From Desulfatibacillum sp. (lineage in GTDB: Bacteria; Desulfobacterota; Desulfobacteria; Desulfobacterales; SpSt-501), in NCBI GenBank assembly GCA_020725555.1, contig DYEU01000031.1, forward strand, positions 52,761 to 116,760: a stretch of 64,000 bases of DNA, written 5' to 3'. The stretch's first letter is position 1, and every line of letters begins with the position of its first letter. Shown here in pieces: positions 44,868 to 54,819 of the stretch. Both the position numbers and the translations under genes were made by a program. The notes under the pieces were generated by a model. It was not told where the DNA came from. It did not search any database and worked only from the letters and a program-made list of their open reading frames with translations.

Positions 44868-46025
44868 ATGGACTTCACCCTCTCCACCGAGCACGAGATC
44901 CTCCGCGAGACCGTCCGCAGCTTCGCCGAAAACGAGATCCAGCCCGTCGCCCGCGAGCTCGACGAGGCCGAGCGCTTCTCCTACGAGACGATGGCCAAGA
45001 TGGCCGAGCTGGGGCTCTTCGGGATCTTCGTCTCCGAGACCTACGGCGGGCAGGCGATGGACTACCTCGCCTACATCATCGCCGTCGAGGAGCTCGCGCG
45101 CGTCGACGGCTCCCATGCGGCCACGGTGGCGGCGGGCAACTCGCTCGGCATCGGCCCGATCTACTACTTCGGCAGCGAGGAGCAGAAGCGCCGCTACCTC
45201 CCCAAGCTCTGCAAGGGCGAGACCCTGTGGGGCTTCGGCCTGACCGAGCCGAACGCCGGCTCCGACGCCGCCAACGCGCGCACCACCGCCGTCCTCGACG
45301 GCGACGCCTGGGTGATCAACGGCAGCAAGATCTTCATCACCAACGCCGCCACCGACATCACCGCCGGGGTGACCGTGCTCGCCCGCACCGGCACGCGCCC
45401 GAACGGCAAGCCCGAGCTCTCCTGCATCCTCGTGGAGACCGGGACGCGCGGCTTCACGGCCCGGCCGATGCACGGCAAGATGATGTGGCGCGCCTCCAAC
45501 ACGGCCGAGCTCTACTTCGAGGATTGCCGTGTCCCGCGCGATCACCTGCTGGGCGAGCGCGGCCACGGCTTCCACCAGATGATGCAGACGCTCGACGGCG
45601 GGAGGCTCTCGATCGCGGCGATGGGGCTGGGCGGCGCCCAGGGCTGCTTCGAGCGCGCCCTGCGCTACGCCAACCAGCGCGAGCAGTTCGGCCGCCCGAT
45701 CGCCACCTTTCAGGCGAACGCCTTCAAGCTCGCCGACATGGCCACCGAGATCGAATGCGCGCGGCTGCTCCTCTACAAGGCCTGCTGGCTGCGGGATCAC
45801 GAGCTGCCCTTCGCCAAGGAGGCGGCCATGGCGAAGCTCTACTGCTCCGAGGTGATGTACCGCTGCGCCAACCACGCCGTCCAGCTCCACGGGGGCTACG
45901 GCCTGATGAAGGAGTACGACGTGGAGCGCTTTTACCGCGACCAGAAGCTGCTCGAGATCGGCGAAGGCACCTCCGAGGTGCAGCGCATCGTGATCTCGCG
46001 CCACATCGGGGCCCGCTGCCTGTAG
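44868..46025 (+). CDS. acyl-CoA dehydrogenase (short/medium-chain type)
   Basis: 385 aa with GLTEPNAGSD, the C-terminal QLHGGYG...IGEGTSEVQR and a catalytic Glu context. Confidence 0.9.
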   Translation: MDFTLSTEHEILRETVRSFAENEIQPVARELDEAERFSYETMAKMAELGLFGIFVSETYGGQAMDYLAYIIAVEELARVDGSHAATVAAGNSLGIGPIYYFGSEEQKRRYLPKLCKGETLWGFGLTEPNAGSDAANARTTAVLDGDAWVINGSKIFITNAATDITAGVTVLARTGTRPNGKPELSCILVETGTRGFTARPMHGKMMWRASNTAELYFEDCRVPRDHLLGERGHGFHQMMQTLDGGRLSIAAMGLGGAQGCFERALRYANQREQFGRPIATFQANAFKLADMATEIECARLLLYKACWLRDHELPFAKEAAMAKLYCSEVMYRCANHAVQLHGGYGLMKEYDVERFYRDQKLLEIGEGTSEVQRIVISRHIGARCL

Positions 46026-46051
46026 CCGGGTTCCGGCCCGGAGGAGGACCC

Positions 46052-46690
46052 ATGGAGACCGGCGGACGAAAGACGATCGCCGACATCGATTTCTTCGAAG
46101 ACTTGACCGGCGAGCTCGCCTGCCCCGCCCCCCCGGAGGCCGAGTCGATCGGGGGGCGCATCCGCGCGGTGCGGGAGGCGCAGGGCCTCGGCCTCGAGGA
46201 GATCTCCCGCCTGACCGGCTTCGAGGTCGGCTACCTGGCGAAGGTCGAGGCCGGGGAGATCCAGCCGCCGCTCGGGGAGCTCATGCGCCTGTCGCGGGCG
46301 CTGCGCAGCGCCTTCGGCGCGATCGTCTCCGGGACGGGCGAGAAGCCCTACGCCGTGACCCGGGTCCACGAGCGCCGCGTCGTCCAGCGCTCCGCCGGCC
46401 AGGCCGGCAAGCGCCACCTCTACAGCTACCGCAGCCTGGCCCCCGAGGTGAAGGGCCGCCACATGGAGGCCTTTCTCGTCCAGCTCGGCCCGGCCGCCGA
46501 GCCGGAGTCCTCCTTCCACGAGGGCGAGGAGTTCGTCTTCGTGCTGGAGGGTACCGTGCGCCTGGAAATCGGCGGGGAGCGCTTCGACCTCGAACCCGGG
46601 GACAGCGCCTACTACCTCTCCACGACGCCGCACCAGATTTCCGCCCGCGACGAGCGCGCGACGATCCTCGCCGTCCTCTACCCGGCCTGA
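46052..46690 (+). CDS. XRE-family HTH regulator with a C-terminal cupin domain
   Basis: HTH IRAVREAQGLGLEEISRLTGFEVGYLAKVEAGE, then a cupin beta-barrel (HEGEEFVFVLEG...GDSAYY). ATG 46052 follows a GGAGGAGG RBS. Confidence 0.8.
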   Translation: METGGRKTIADIDFFEDLTGELACPAPPEAESIGGRIRAVREAQGLGLEEISRLTGFEVGYLAKVEAGEIQPPLGELMRLSRALRSAFGAIVSGTGEKPYAVTRVHERRVVQRSAGQAGKRHLYSYRSLAPEVKGRHMEAFLVQLGPAAEPESSFHEGEEFVFVLEGTVRLEIGGERFDLEPGDSAYYLSTTPHQISARDERATILAVLYPA

Positions 46691-46836
46691 CGCCCGGCCG
46701 CCCCGCCGCCTCTTCCCGCGACCCCGCGCGGCGGGGGCGGCTTGCAATTCCCCCGCATCGTTTTTAGCCTATCGCAACGTGCGGCGGCCCTTGGGGGGGC
46801 AACCCCCGGGGGGGCCGCCCGGCAAGGAGGCCGCCC

Positions 46837-49800
46837 ATGCATCCCGGAAGTCTTCGCCGCGCCCTGGCGGGCGCGCTGTTCGTTGTGTTCCTCGCCCTGC
46901 GCGGCGCCTTCGCCGCGGAGGCCCTCCCCCGGATCGAGGTCCGGGAGTTCACGCTTCCGAACGGCATGCTCTTTCTTGTCGTCGAGCGCCCCGCCGTCCC
47001 CCAGGTCGCGGTGCGCCTGGCGATCCGTGCCGGCTCCGCCCTCGAGGACGCCGGCCGCACCGGGATCGCCCACCTGGTCGAGCACATGCTCTTCAAGGGG
47101 ACGCGCAACTTCGGCTCCCGCGACGCCCGCCGGGACGCCGAGCTCCAGGAGCGGATCGACGCGGCCTACGAGGAGCTGCGGGCCGAGGAGGCGCGGCGCA
47201 ACCCCGACCCCGAGCGCATCCGGCGCCTGCGGGAGGAGATGGAGCGCCTGCGCGGGGAGGCCCAGCCGCTCTACATCCCGCAGGTCTTCTCGACCCAGCT
47301 CGGCAAAAACGGCGCCGTCGGCGTCAACGCCTTCACCAACACCGACCAGACGCAGTACGTGGCCTCCGTCCCCGCGGACATGCTCGAGCAGTGGTTCTCG
47401 ATCGCCAGCGAGCAGATCTTCGAGCCCGCCTGGCGGGAGTTCTACGTGGAAAAGGAGGTGGTCAAGCGGGAGTGGGCCTTCCGTTACGCCAACGACCCCG
47501 GGGGCGCGGCCTGGCTGGATCTCCACGCCCTCGCCTACCGGGCCCACCCCTACCGCAACCCCGTGATCGGCTGGCTCGCCGACATCGAGCGCCTCGGCAC
47601 CCGGGACGCGATGGAATTCCACGCCCGCCACTACCACCCGGCGAACGCCGTCTGCGTGCTGGTGGGGGACGTGACCGTGGCCGAGGCCCAGCGGCTGGCC
47701 GGGATCTATTTCGGCCGCTACCCCGCCGGGACGCGCGCCCCCGAGATCGTCACCGCCGAGCCGCCCGCCGGCGGCCCGCGCCGGGGCGTGCGCTACCTCG
47801 AGGGGGCGCGGACCCCGCTCGTGCGCGTCGGCTTTCACGGCCCGCGCATGGGCCACCCCGATTTCTACGCCCTCGACGCGCTTTCCCTGATTCTCAGCCA
47901 GGGCAGAAGCGCGCGGCTCACCCGCCGCCTCGTCGAGGAGGGCCTGGCGGCCGACGCCTGGGCCGTGCACCCGGACCGGCGCTACGCCGGTTTCTTCGTG
48001 CTGGGGGGGACCCCCGTCGAGCCGCGCGAGGAGGGCTTCGCGGAGGCCCCCGAGGAGAAGCGGCGCGAGGCCTACCTCCGGGCCTGCGAGGTGCTCGAGG
48101 AGCGCCTGCTCGCCGAGGTGGAGCGCCTCCAGGCCGAGCCGGTGGCGGAGGAGGAGCTCGCCCGGGTGAAAAAGCTCAACCGCCGCGATTTCCTCGACCG
48201 GCTGCGGAGCAACGGCGCCATCGCCAGCCTCCTCGCCGGCCTCGAGGTCCAGGCGGGCTGGCGCTACCTCGAGGACTACCTCGAGCGCATGGAGGCCGTC
48301 ACCGCCGCGGACGTCCAGCGCGTGGCGCGCGAGGTGCTGCGCCGCGAGCTGCGCACCACGGTCTACGTGATCCCCGGCGGGCCGGCGGCCCGGCCGCCGG
48401 AGCAATACCGCGAGGAGCGCTCGATCCCGAGCGCGGCCGCGGGCCGGCGCGCGATCGCGGCCGCGGATCTGAGCAATCGCTCGCGCTACCCCACCCCCGC
48501 GGGCTGGAAGCACCCGCTTTCCTTCCGGCGCGAGCCGCGCCGCATCGACTACCCCCCGGCGCAGCGCCTGACGGTGGCCGGGGTCCCGGTGTTTTTCCTG
48601 CCGGACGCCGCCCTGCCGCTGGTCGATCTCACCCTCTACGCCCGCCTCGGTTCGGTGGACGAGCCCGTCGAGCTCGCCGGGCTGACCGAGCTGCTCGAGG
48701 AGACGCTCGTGAACGGCGGGACCGAACGCCGCTCCGCCGAGGAGCTCGCGGCCGCGTTGGACGACCACGCGATCCACGTGAACGCCGCGATCGGGCTGGA
48801 GGAATCCTCGCTCCACCTCTCGGTCCTCGCGGCCGACTGGGAGCGGGGCATCGAGCTCCTCGCCGAGATTCTCGCTCGGCCCGCCTTCGAGGCGCGCGTC
48901 CTCGAGGCCGCCCGGGGGCGGATCCTGGATGCCCTGCGCCGTCAGGGCGAGGACGCCGCGGCCGTGGCCCTGCGCGAGGCGATGATCTGGCACTTCGCCG
49001 GACACCCCTACGGCCGGGACCCGCTCGCCGCGCTTGCGACCCTGCCGCGCATCGGCGCCGCGGACCTGAAGGCGTTCCTGCGCTCCCGGCTCACCCCCGA
49101 GCAGCTCGTCGTCGCCGCCGCCGGGGACATCTCCGCGGAGCGGCTCGAGGCGGGGGTCCGCCGCCTGGTCGCGGCCCTCGCCCCCGGGGGGGCGCCCGCG
49201 CGCATGATCCCGCCGCCGGAGCCGACCCCGCCGGTTCTGGCCCTCGTCCACAAGCCGGGCCAGGTCCAGGCCCAGGTCGCGGCCCTGTGGCGCACGGTGC
49301 CGCGCTCCGATCCCCGCTTCTGGAAGCTCGGCCTGCTCATCGAGCTCTTCGGCGGCAACGACTCCCTCCTCTACACCCGGCTGCGGGACGACCTGGGCTA
49401 CGTCTACGCCGCGGGCTTCTCCCCCGCCTCGCGCCGCCAGGCCGGGATGGCCGTGGGCTCGATCGGCGCCCGCAGCGACCGGGCGGCGGCGGCGATCGAG
49501 GAGACCGTCGGCCTGCTTCGCGGGCTTGCGCGGGAGGTGCCGGCGGAGGAGCTCGAGCTCAAGCGCCTCGACGCCCTCAACGGCTTCGTCTTCGCCGTGA
49601 GCTCGCCCCAGGACCTCGTGCGCGCCTACGGCCGCTTCGCGCTGCGGGGGGAGCCGCTCGACACCCTGGTGCGCATCCAGGAGAGCTACTTCGGCGCCAC
49701 GGCCGAAGAGCTGCGGGAGCTCGCCGCCGCCTTCCTCGACCCGAGCCGGATCCAGCTCTTCGTCGTGGCCGACCGGGCGACCCCCGTGACCGCCCCCGGC

Positions 49801-49884
49801 GGCCGCCCGCTCACCCTGGAGGAGGATCTCCGCGGCCTGGCCGAGCGGTTGGGGATTGCCTTCCGGGAGATCGACTGGCGCTGA
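46837..49884 (+). CDS. double-length M16 (pitrilysin/insulinase) family zinc peptidase, secreted
   Basis: Signal peptide, HLVEHMLFKGT (HxxEH) in the first half, and a second M16-like unit without HxxEH in the second half. 1015 aa. Confidence 0.85.
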   Translation: MHPGSLRRALAGALFVVFLALRGAFAAEALPRIEVREFTLPNGMLFLVVERPAVPQVAVRLAIRAGSALEDAGRTGIAHLVEHMLFKGTRNFGSRDARRDAELQERIDAAYEELRAEEARRNPDPERIRRLREEMERLRGEAQPLYIPQVFSTQLGKNGAVGVNAFTNTDQTQYVASVPADMLEQWFSIASEQIFEPAWREFYVEKEVVKREWAFRYANDPGGAAWLDLHALAYRAHPYRNPVIGWLADIERLGTRDAMEFHARHYHPANAVCVLVGDVTVAEAQRLAGIYFGRYPAGTRAPEIVTAEPPAGGPRRGVRYLEGARTPLVRVGFHGPRMGHPDFYALDALSLILSQGRSARLTRRLVEEGLAADAWAVHPDRRYAGFFVLGGTPVEPREEGFAEAPEEKRREAYLRACEVLEERLLAEVERLQAEPVAEEELARVKKLNRRDFLDRLRSNGAIASLLAGLEVQAGWRYLEDYLERMEAVTAADVQRVAREVLRRELRTTVYVIPGGPAARPPEQYREERSIPSAAAGRRAIAAADLSNRSRYPTPAGWKHPLSFRREPRRIDYPPAQRLTVAGVPVFFLPDAALPLVDLTLYARLGSVDEPVELAGLTELLEETLVNGGTERRSAEELAAALDDHAIHVNAAIGLEESSLHLSVLAADWERGIELLAEILARPAFEARVLEAARGRILDALRRQGEDAAAVALREAMIWHFAGHPYGRDPLAALATLPRIGAADLKAFLRSRLTPEQLVVAAAGDISAERLEAGVRRLVAALAPGGAPARMIPPPEPTPPVLALVHKPGQVQAQVAALWRTVPRSDPRFWKLGLLIELFGGNDSLLYTRLRDDLGYVYAAGFSPASRRQAGMAVGSIGARSDRAAAAIEETVGLLRGLAREVPAEELELKRLDALNGFVFAVSSPQDLVRAYGRFALRGEPLDTLVRIQESYFGATAEELRELAAAFLDPSRIQLFVVADRATPVTAPGGRPLTLEEDLRGLAERLGIAFREIDWR

Positions 49885-51517
49885 CGTCCCCGGCGGCTTC
49901 CGGGGCGGCTTCGGCCGCGGCTTGGCTGAACCCGCCGAGGAGATCCCAGAAGAGGGACTCGAGGCCCGGCGGAGCGGGGGAGGGCGGGGGCGGCAGGCCC
50001 GGGCGGAAGCCGCGCGCGGCAAACGGCGCAAGAAAGGGCTCCCGCCGCGTCACCACGTGGACGGGCACGGCGAAGGGGTCCACGCCGGCGGGGATCTCGA
50101 GCGGCGGGGCGTGGTCGCCGAGCACGATCAGGAGCTCGTTTCCCCGGAGGTGGCGGAGGGCGAAGCCGAAGACCGCCTGCAGCGAGTCGAGGAGCACGGC
50201 CCCATAGGCCGCGTGCGCCGCAAGGCTCTCGGCGGCTGCGGCCCCCCCGGCGCTTTCGAAGGCCCGGTAGATCCGGCCGTCGCCGATCGCCTCCCAGTCG
50301 GCGAGGTAGGGTGCCCGGCGATCGAAGGGGGTGTGGCTCCCGGTGAGGATCGCTTCGACGAACACCCGCTCCGTTCCCGCCGTGCGGCGGCCGACCCACT
50401 CCAGCACGTACTGGTCCGGAACCGGGGAAAAGCCGAACGCCGGGCCGGCATAGCCGAAGTCCGCCGCCGTGCGGGTCTCCTCGAAGCCGAAGAAGCCCAT
50501 CTCCGCGGACGGCCAACGGGTTCCGGGCATGGCGCGGAGCGTGCGGTAGCCCGCCTCGCGGAAGCACCCGGCCAGGGGGACGAGCGCCGAGGCGGGCAGG
50601 AGGTCGTGGGCGAGCTGGGTGTCGATCCGCACCCCGGAGGCGAGGCTCGCGTGCGACAGCCACGAGCCGCCGCCCGCCGTCGGCGCCCGGCGCAGGGCGG
50701 AGACCGCCCGGAAGCCGGTCGCCGTGAGATCGGCCGCGATCGCCTCCATGACCGGCCGGATCTCCCTCTCGAGGCGCGGGTCGAACCAGGCGTTCGCGCC
50801 GTAGGACTCGACGAAGACCACGTACACCGCGGCCCCCTCGAGGCGCGCAAAGGCGGGCCGCAGCGCGGCGGCGGCCCGGGCGGCCGCATCGAAGCGGGCC
50901 GTGATTTCGGCGCGCGCGGCGGGAAGCTCCGCAAGGCGCGCAAGCTCCCGGCCGAGCCGGCCCGCCGCCGCGGGGGCGAACCCCGGCGGGGCGGAGGGGG
51001 GGAGGGAGGCGGCGACCGCGACGGCCAGCGCGGCTGCGGCGAGGCGGGAGGCGCGCGCGGCAGGCAGGCGGCCGGCCGCCTCCCCGAGCCGGGAGAGCGC
51101 GCGGAATACGACCCGGCCGAGCAGGACGGCCGCCCCTGCCGCCGCCACGGCAAGCCCCGCCGCGGCGGCGGGGGCCGCGGTGAGGGCGATCAGCCGCAGC
51201 AGGTCCGGCAGCCGGGGGAGGTCCATCGCCAGGCTGAAGGGTCGGTGGAAATAGAGCGGGATCGCCGTATCCGCGCAACGCACCAGGCGCAGCGCGACCG
51301 CCGCGGCCGCCAGCAAAGCGAGCCGGAGCCTCCGGGAGCGGGGGCCCGGCCGGGCCGCGAGCCCGACGAGCCCGAGCAGCCCCAGGGCATCCGGCGAGAG
51401 GCGCGCAAGCGACGCCGGGGACCAGGGGTCGGCCGGGACGTCGCAGGCGAAGAGCGCGTTCAGGAAAAGAAAGGCCGCCGCCCCGGCCCACCCCCCTCCC
51501 GCGCGGGCCGTGCTCAC
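49811..51517 (-). CDS. membrane-anchored sulfatase/alkaline-phosphatase superfamily protein (LtaS/MdoB-like)
   Basis: About 5 N-terminal hydrophobic segments, then VYVVFVESYG and LIVLGDHAPP, typical of LtaS/phosphoglycerol-transferase-like enzymes. The GTG start forms a GTGA overlap with the GT4 stop. Confidence 0.6.
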   Translation of the reverse strand: MSTARAGGGWAGAAAFLFLNALFACDVPADPWSPASLARLSPDALGLLGLVGLAARPGPRSRRLRLALLAAAAVALRLVRCADTAIPLYFHRPFSLAMDLPRLPDLLRLIALTAAPAAAAGLAVAAAGAAVLLGRVVFRALSRLGEAAGRLPAARASRLAAAALAVAVAASLPPSAPPGFAPAAAGRLGRELARLAELPAARAEITARFDAAARAAAALRPAFARLEGAAVYVVFVESYGANAWFDPRLEREIRPVMEAIAADLTATGFRAVSALRRAPTAGGGSWLSHASLASGVRIDTQLAHDLLPASALVPLAGCFREAGYRTLRAMPGTRWPSAEMGFFGFEETRTAADFGYAGPAFGFSPVPDQYVLEWVGRRTAGTERVFVEAILTGSHTPFDRRAPYLADWEAIGDGRIYRAFESAGGAAAAESLAAHAAYGAVLLDSLQAVFGFALRHLRGNELLIVLGDHAPPLEIPAGVDPFAVPVHVVTRREPFLAPFAARGFRPGLPPPPSPAPPGLESLFWDLLGGFSQAAAEAAPEAAGDVSASRSPGRQSPTARPGRGDPPPG

Positions 51518-52641
51518 GGCAGGGCCCCGTGCGGCGGCGCAAGGCCGCGCCGAGCCCGGGCTTGCCCGCCGCGCCGCGCGCAGGCCTCGAGAAAGCGACA
51601 GGCTCCCGCGAGCGATTCGCGCCAGGTCGGCTGCCGCCGGAAATCGCGCCAGGCCCGCACCCCGAGTTCCGCCAGGCGCTCCCGGTTCAGGGCGAGTTCC
51701 CGGACCGCCCGCCGGCAGGCGGCGAGATCGCCCGGCGGGATGAGCCAGCCGTTTTCGCCGTGGCGCACGAACTCCCGCACCCCGGAGGCCGCCGAGCCGA
51801 TCACCGGCAGCCCGAAGGCCATGGCCTCGAGGGCGGCGATGCCGAAGCTCTCGCGGGCGAAGGGCATGGCGAAGGCGTGGGCCTCCGCGTAGCAGCGGGC
51901 GAGCGCGGCCCCGTCGCGGGGGCCGGCAAAGCGCACGCGCTCCCCGAGGCCTAGCCGCAGGACTTCCCGGCGGGCCCGCTGAAAGGTCTCGGGGTCGAGG
52001 GCCGGGCTGCCCACCACGAGGAGCCGCCAGAGCGCGGCCGGAAGGCCCGCGAGGGCCGCGAGCAGGGGAAGGAGCCCCTTGACCGGCGAGGGGTTGCCGA
52101 CGAAGAGAAGCGCAAGCGGCCCCGGTGCGGCGCTGCGGCGGCGGATGGCGGCTTCGTCCTCCGCACCGCCGAGCCGGTCCCCGCCCGGCGGTGCGGCGTG
52201 GACCGGAAGGCCGCCCCTCGTTCGCCGCGCGGCCTCCGCGGCGAGAAGCCGGCCCGGGCAGAGGAGGGCGTCCACGCTGCCGAGGAAGACGGCCTCGGTC
52301 AGGCGGCGGGCGGCCGGGCCCTCGGGCGGCGGGGGGGAGAGCTGATGCAGGAGCGCCACCCGGGCGCCGCGGCGGCGGATCGCGGGGAGCCGGTGGGGCA
52401 GAAGGAGCCCGGGGTGGAGCAGGCCGTCCACGATCACGAGGTCGCCCTCCGGCGGCGCAAGGAGCCGAACGGCGCGGGGTCTTGCGTTTTCCAGCCACAG
52501 CCGCACCGCCGGGCGGACGGGGACGGGGTGCACGGCGACCGTGTGGCCCCGCCGGCTGAGCTCGCGGATCAGGGCGCGGTTGTAGATCGAACCGCCGGTG
52601 AGCGCCGGGAGGCGGGCGGGGACGAGGACGTCGACGCGCAT
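51514..52641 (-). CDS. GT4-family (GT-B fold) glycosyltransferase
   Basis: MRVDVLVP...GGSIYNRAL N-terminus and ESFGIAALEAMAFGLPVIGS...GENGWL, the E-x7-E region. Confidence 0.8.
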   Translation of the reverse strand: MRVDVLVPARLPALTGGSIYNRALIRELSRRGHTVAVHPVPVRPAVRLWLENARPRAVRLLAPPEGDLVIVDGLLHPGLLLPHRLPAIRRRGARVALLHQLSPPPPEGPAARRLTEAVFLGSVDALLCPGRLLAAEAARRTRGGLPVHAAPPGGDRLGGAEDEAAIRRRSAAPGPLALLFVGNPSPVKGLLPLLAALAGLPAALWRLLVVGSPALDPETFQRARREVLRLGLGERVRFAGPRDGAALARCYAEAHAFAMPFARESFGIAALEAMAFGLPVIGSAASGVREFVRHGENGWLIPPGDLAACRRAVRELALNRERLAELGVRAWRDFRRQPTWRESLAGACRFLEACARRGGQARARRGLAPPHGALP

Positions 52642-53018
52642 CAGCCGTCTTCGGCGAACGAGGCCCAGGCCTGCCGGCTTTCCCAGGCGGTGACCGCGAG
52701 CCGGCAGCCCTCCGGGACCGTCCCCGAGGCGCGCACGCGGGCGCAGACGACGCGCGCGAGGTGCTCGAGGCTCGGGTTCACCCCGCGGAACTCCGCGAGC
52801 TCGTTCAGCAGCCGGTCGCGCAGCCCGGCGATCACTGCCTCGAGGGCCGCCGCGAGCCGGTCGAGGTCGACCAGGTAGCCCTGCCCGTCGAGCCGCGGGC
52901 CGCTCACGCGGCACTCGACGCGGTAGGCGTGGGCGTGGGGGGCCTGCTCGGCGGCGGGCGCATCGCCGCCGAGCGCGTGGCGGGCGATGAACTCGCGTTC
53001 TACCGCTACGGCGTACAT
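52641..53018 (-). CDS. 6-pyruvoyl-tetrahydropterin synthase / QueD family (COG0720) protein
   Basis: 125 aa with REFIARHAL, HAHAYRVE (the HxH zinc pair) and PSLEHLA. No Cys precedes the HxH pair. Confidence 0.75.
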   Translation of the reverse strand: MYAVAVEREFIARHALGGDAPAAEQAPHAHAYRVECRVSGPRLDGQGYLVDLDRLAAALEAVIAGLRDRLLNELAEFRGVNPSLEHLARVVCARVRASGTVPEGCRLAVTAWESRQAWASFAEDG

Positions 53019-54037
53019 GAGGGCATCCTCCCGTAGGTGAAGAGCACCTGGAGCACCGGCCCGGGTCCGTGATCGAGTTCCGCGTAGACCTCCCCGGCCT
53101 GCTCGAGGGGGACCTCGCGGCCGATGAACCGCGAGGGCCGCAGGCGGCGGATGAACTCCCAGGCGGCCTCGCGGCGCCGCCGCCGGTCCCAGCGCAAGGC
53201 GACGTGGCCGGGGAGAGTGCTCACCTGGCTGGCGATCAGCCGGATGCGGCTGCGGTGGAAGCGGCCGCCGAGATCGAGCGGCGCCCGCCGCACGCCGTAC
53301 CAGGAGCCGATGACCACCCGGCCGCCGAAGCCGCAGGCGGCGATCGCCTCCGCCAGCACCGCGGGCGAGCCCGAGAGCTCGTAGACGAGATCCGCACCCC
53401 GGCCGGCCGTTTCGCGCGCGAGGTACGCCGCGGCCTCGGCGGGGTCGAGGCTCACGTGCGCGCCGGCCGCCCGCGAGGCCTCCCGCCGGCCGGCCACGGG
53501 GTCCACCGTGACCAGCCGGCCCGGAGCCTGGCCGGCAAGGAGCGCCGCGGTGAGGACCCCCACGATCCCCTGGCCGAAGAGGACCGCCGTTTCCCCGGCG
53601 AGGGGGCGCCCGTCCCAGGCGAGGGTGAGCGCGGTCTCGAGCGCGGCGAGGAAGACGGCGTCGCGGGTGTCGAGGTCCTCGGGAACGGCGACGGCCGCTT
53701 CGAGGGGGACGTTCATCCGCGAGGCGTGGGGGTGGAAGCAGAAGACGCGCCTTCCCTCCCACTCCCCCGGCACCCCGGCCCCGCGGCGGGCGACCTGGCC
53801 GACGACGGCGTAGCCGTAGCGCAGCGGGTAGGCCGCCTTGCCGGCGAGGGTGGGGAGCGTGCCGTCGAGGGGGAGATCCGGCGGAAGCTCCCCGCGGTAA
53901 ACGAGCCGCTCCGTCCCCGGGCTGACCGCCGAGACGGCCGCCTCCACGGTGATCTCCCCCGGCCCCGGCTCGGCCAGGGGCTCCTCCGCGATCCGGACCT
54001 CGCGGGGGGCGGCGAAGACGAGGGCCCGCCGTTTCAT
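53006..54037 (-). CDS. medium-chain dehydrogenase/reductase (zinc-ADH-like fold)
   Basis: SAVSPGTE, PLRYGYAVVGQV and the GQGIVGVLTA nucleotide-binding glycine motif. ATGA overlap upstream and a 13-nt overlap downstream. Confidence 0.75.
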   Translation of the reverse strand: MKRRALVFAAPREVRIAEEPLAEPGPGEITVEAAVSAVSPGTERLVYRGELPPDLPLDGTLPTLAGKAAYPLRYGYAVVGQVARRGAGVPGEWEGRRVFCFHPHASRMNVPLEAAVAVPEDLDTRDAVFLAALETALTLAWDGRPLAGETAVLFGQGIVGVLTAALLAGQAPGRLVTVDPVAGRREASRAAGAHVSLDPAEAAAYLARETAGRGADLVYELSGSPAVLAEAIAACGFGGRVVIGSWYGVRRAPLDLGGRFHRSRIRLIASQVSTLPGHVALRWDRRRRREAAWEFIRRLRPSRFIGREVPLEQAGEVYAELDHGPGPVLQVLFTYGRMPSCTP

Positions 54038-54819
54038 GGGTCCGCCCACGGCGGGGCGGCGAAGAAAACGACGTCCGTGCCGACCCGCTCGAAGCCCCAG
54101 GAGGGAAAGTCGATCGCCAGCCCCCCGGCCGCCCGGGCGCCGTCCAGGGCCGGAAGCCCGCCGAGGAGGCGCGGGCAGATCGTGATCATCAAGGCGTCGG
54201 CCAGGCGGTGCCGCAGGAAATGGGTGATCACGCGGGCCCCGCCCTCGACCATGACGCTGTTCACCGCCGCGCGGCCAAGCCGCTCTAAGAGCCACGCCAC
54301 GTCGACCCGCCCCTCCGGGTCGAGGGGGCAGCAGACCGGCTCGGCGCCGGCCGCCGCGAGCGCGCGCCGCCGGTTGAGCGGCGCATGCGGGCCGTGGGCG
54401 AGGAGCGGCCGGGCGTCGTCCCGCTGCAGCAGCCGTGCCCGCCGCGGGATCCTGAGGCGCGTGTCGAGCACGATCGGCCGCGGCCCGGAGGTCGCCGGCG
54501 GCTTGACCCCGAGCCGGGGGTCGTCGGCGAGGACGGTGCCGATCCCCACGAGGATCGTCTCGCACAGGGCGCGCAGGCGGTGGGTGAGGCCCATGGCCTC
54601 GGGGCCGCTCAGGCGGATGCGCTCGCGCCGCGGCCCGGCGATGCTGCCGTCCACGCTTTGGGCGTAGGTGAGCAGCACGAAAGGCCGGCCTCTTGCGGCG
54701 CGGAAGGACGTCGCCCCCTCGAGCCGCCGCACAAGCGGCGCAAGGCCGCAGATGCTCTCCTCGTCGCCGTGCGGCGGTCCGGGCGGGGGGGGCGGCGCGA
54801 GCGGGGGATCGGGCGTCAT
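54034..54819 (-). CDS. RibD C-terminal-domain-like (pyrimidine reductase / DHFR-like) protein
   Basis: PFVLLTYAQSVDGSIAG, ILVGIGTVLADDPRL and MVEGGARV motifs. Second RibD_C-type domain in the window, besides ribD. Confidence 0.75.
   Translation of the reverse strand: MTPDPPLAPPPPPGPPHGDEESICGLAPLVRRLEGATSFRAARGRPFVLLTYAQSVDGSIAGPRRERIRLSGPEAMGLTHRLRALCETILVGIGTVLADDPRLGVKPPATSGPRPIVLDTRLRIPRRARLLQRDDARPLLAHGPHAPLNRRRALAAAGAEPVCCPLDPEGRVDVAWLLERLGRAAVNSVMVEGGARVITHFLRHRLADALMITICPRLLGGLPALDGARAAGGLAIDFPSWGFERVGTDVVFFAAPPWADP

Noticed and set aside
46678-50207. A 1117-aa minus-strand ORF and an 1142-aa plus-strand off-frame ORF over the M16 peptidase.
   Set aside because: Only the 46837-49884 frame has a signal peptide, the HxxEH motif and ordinary amino-acid composition.
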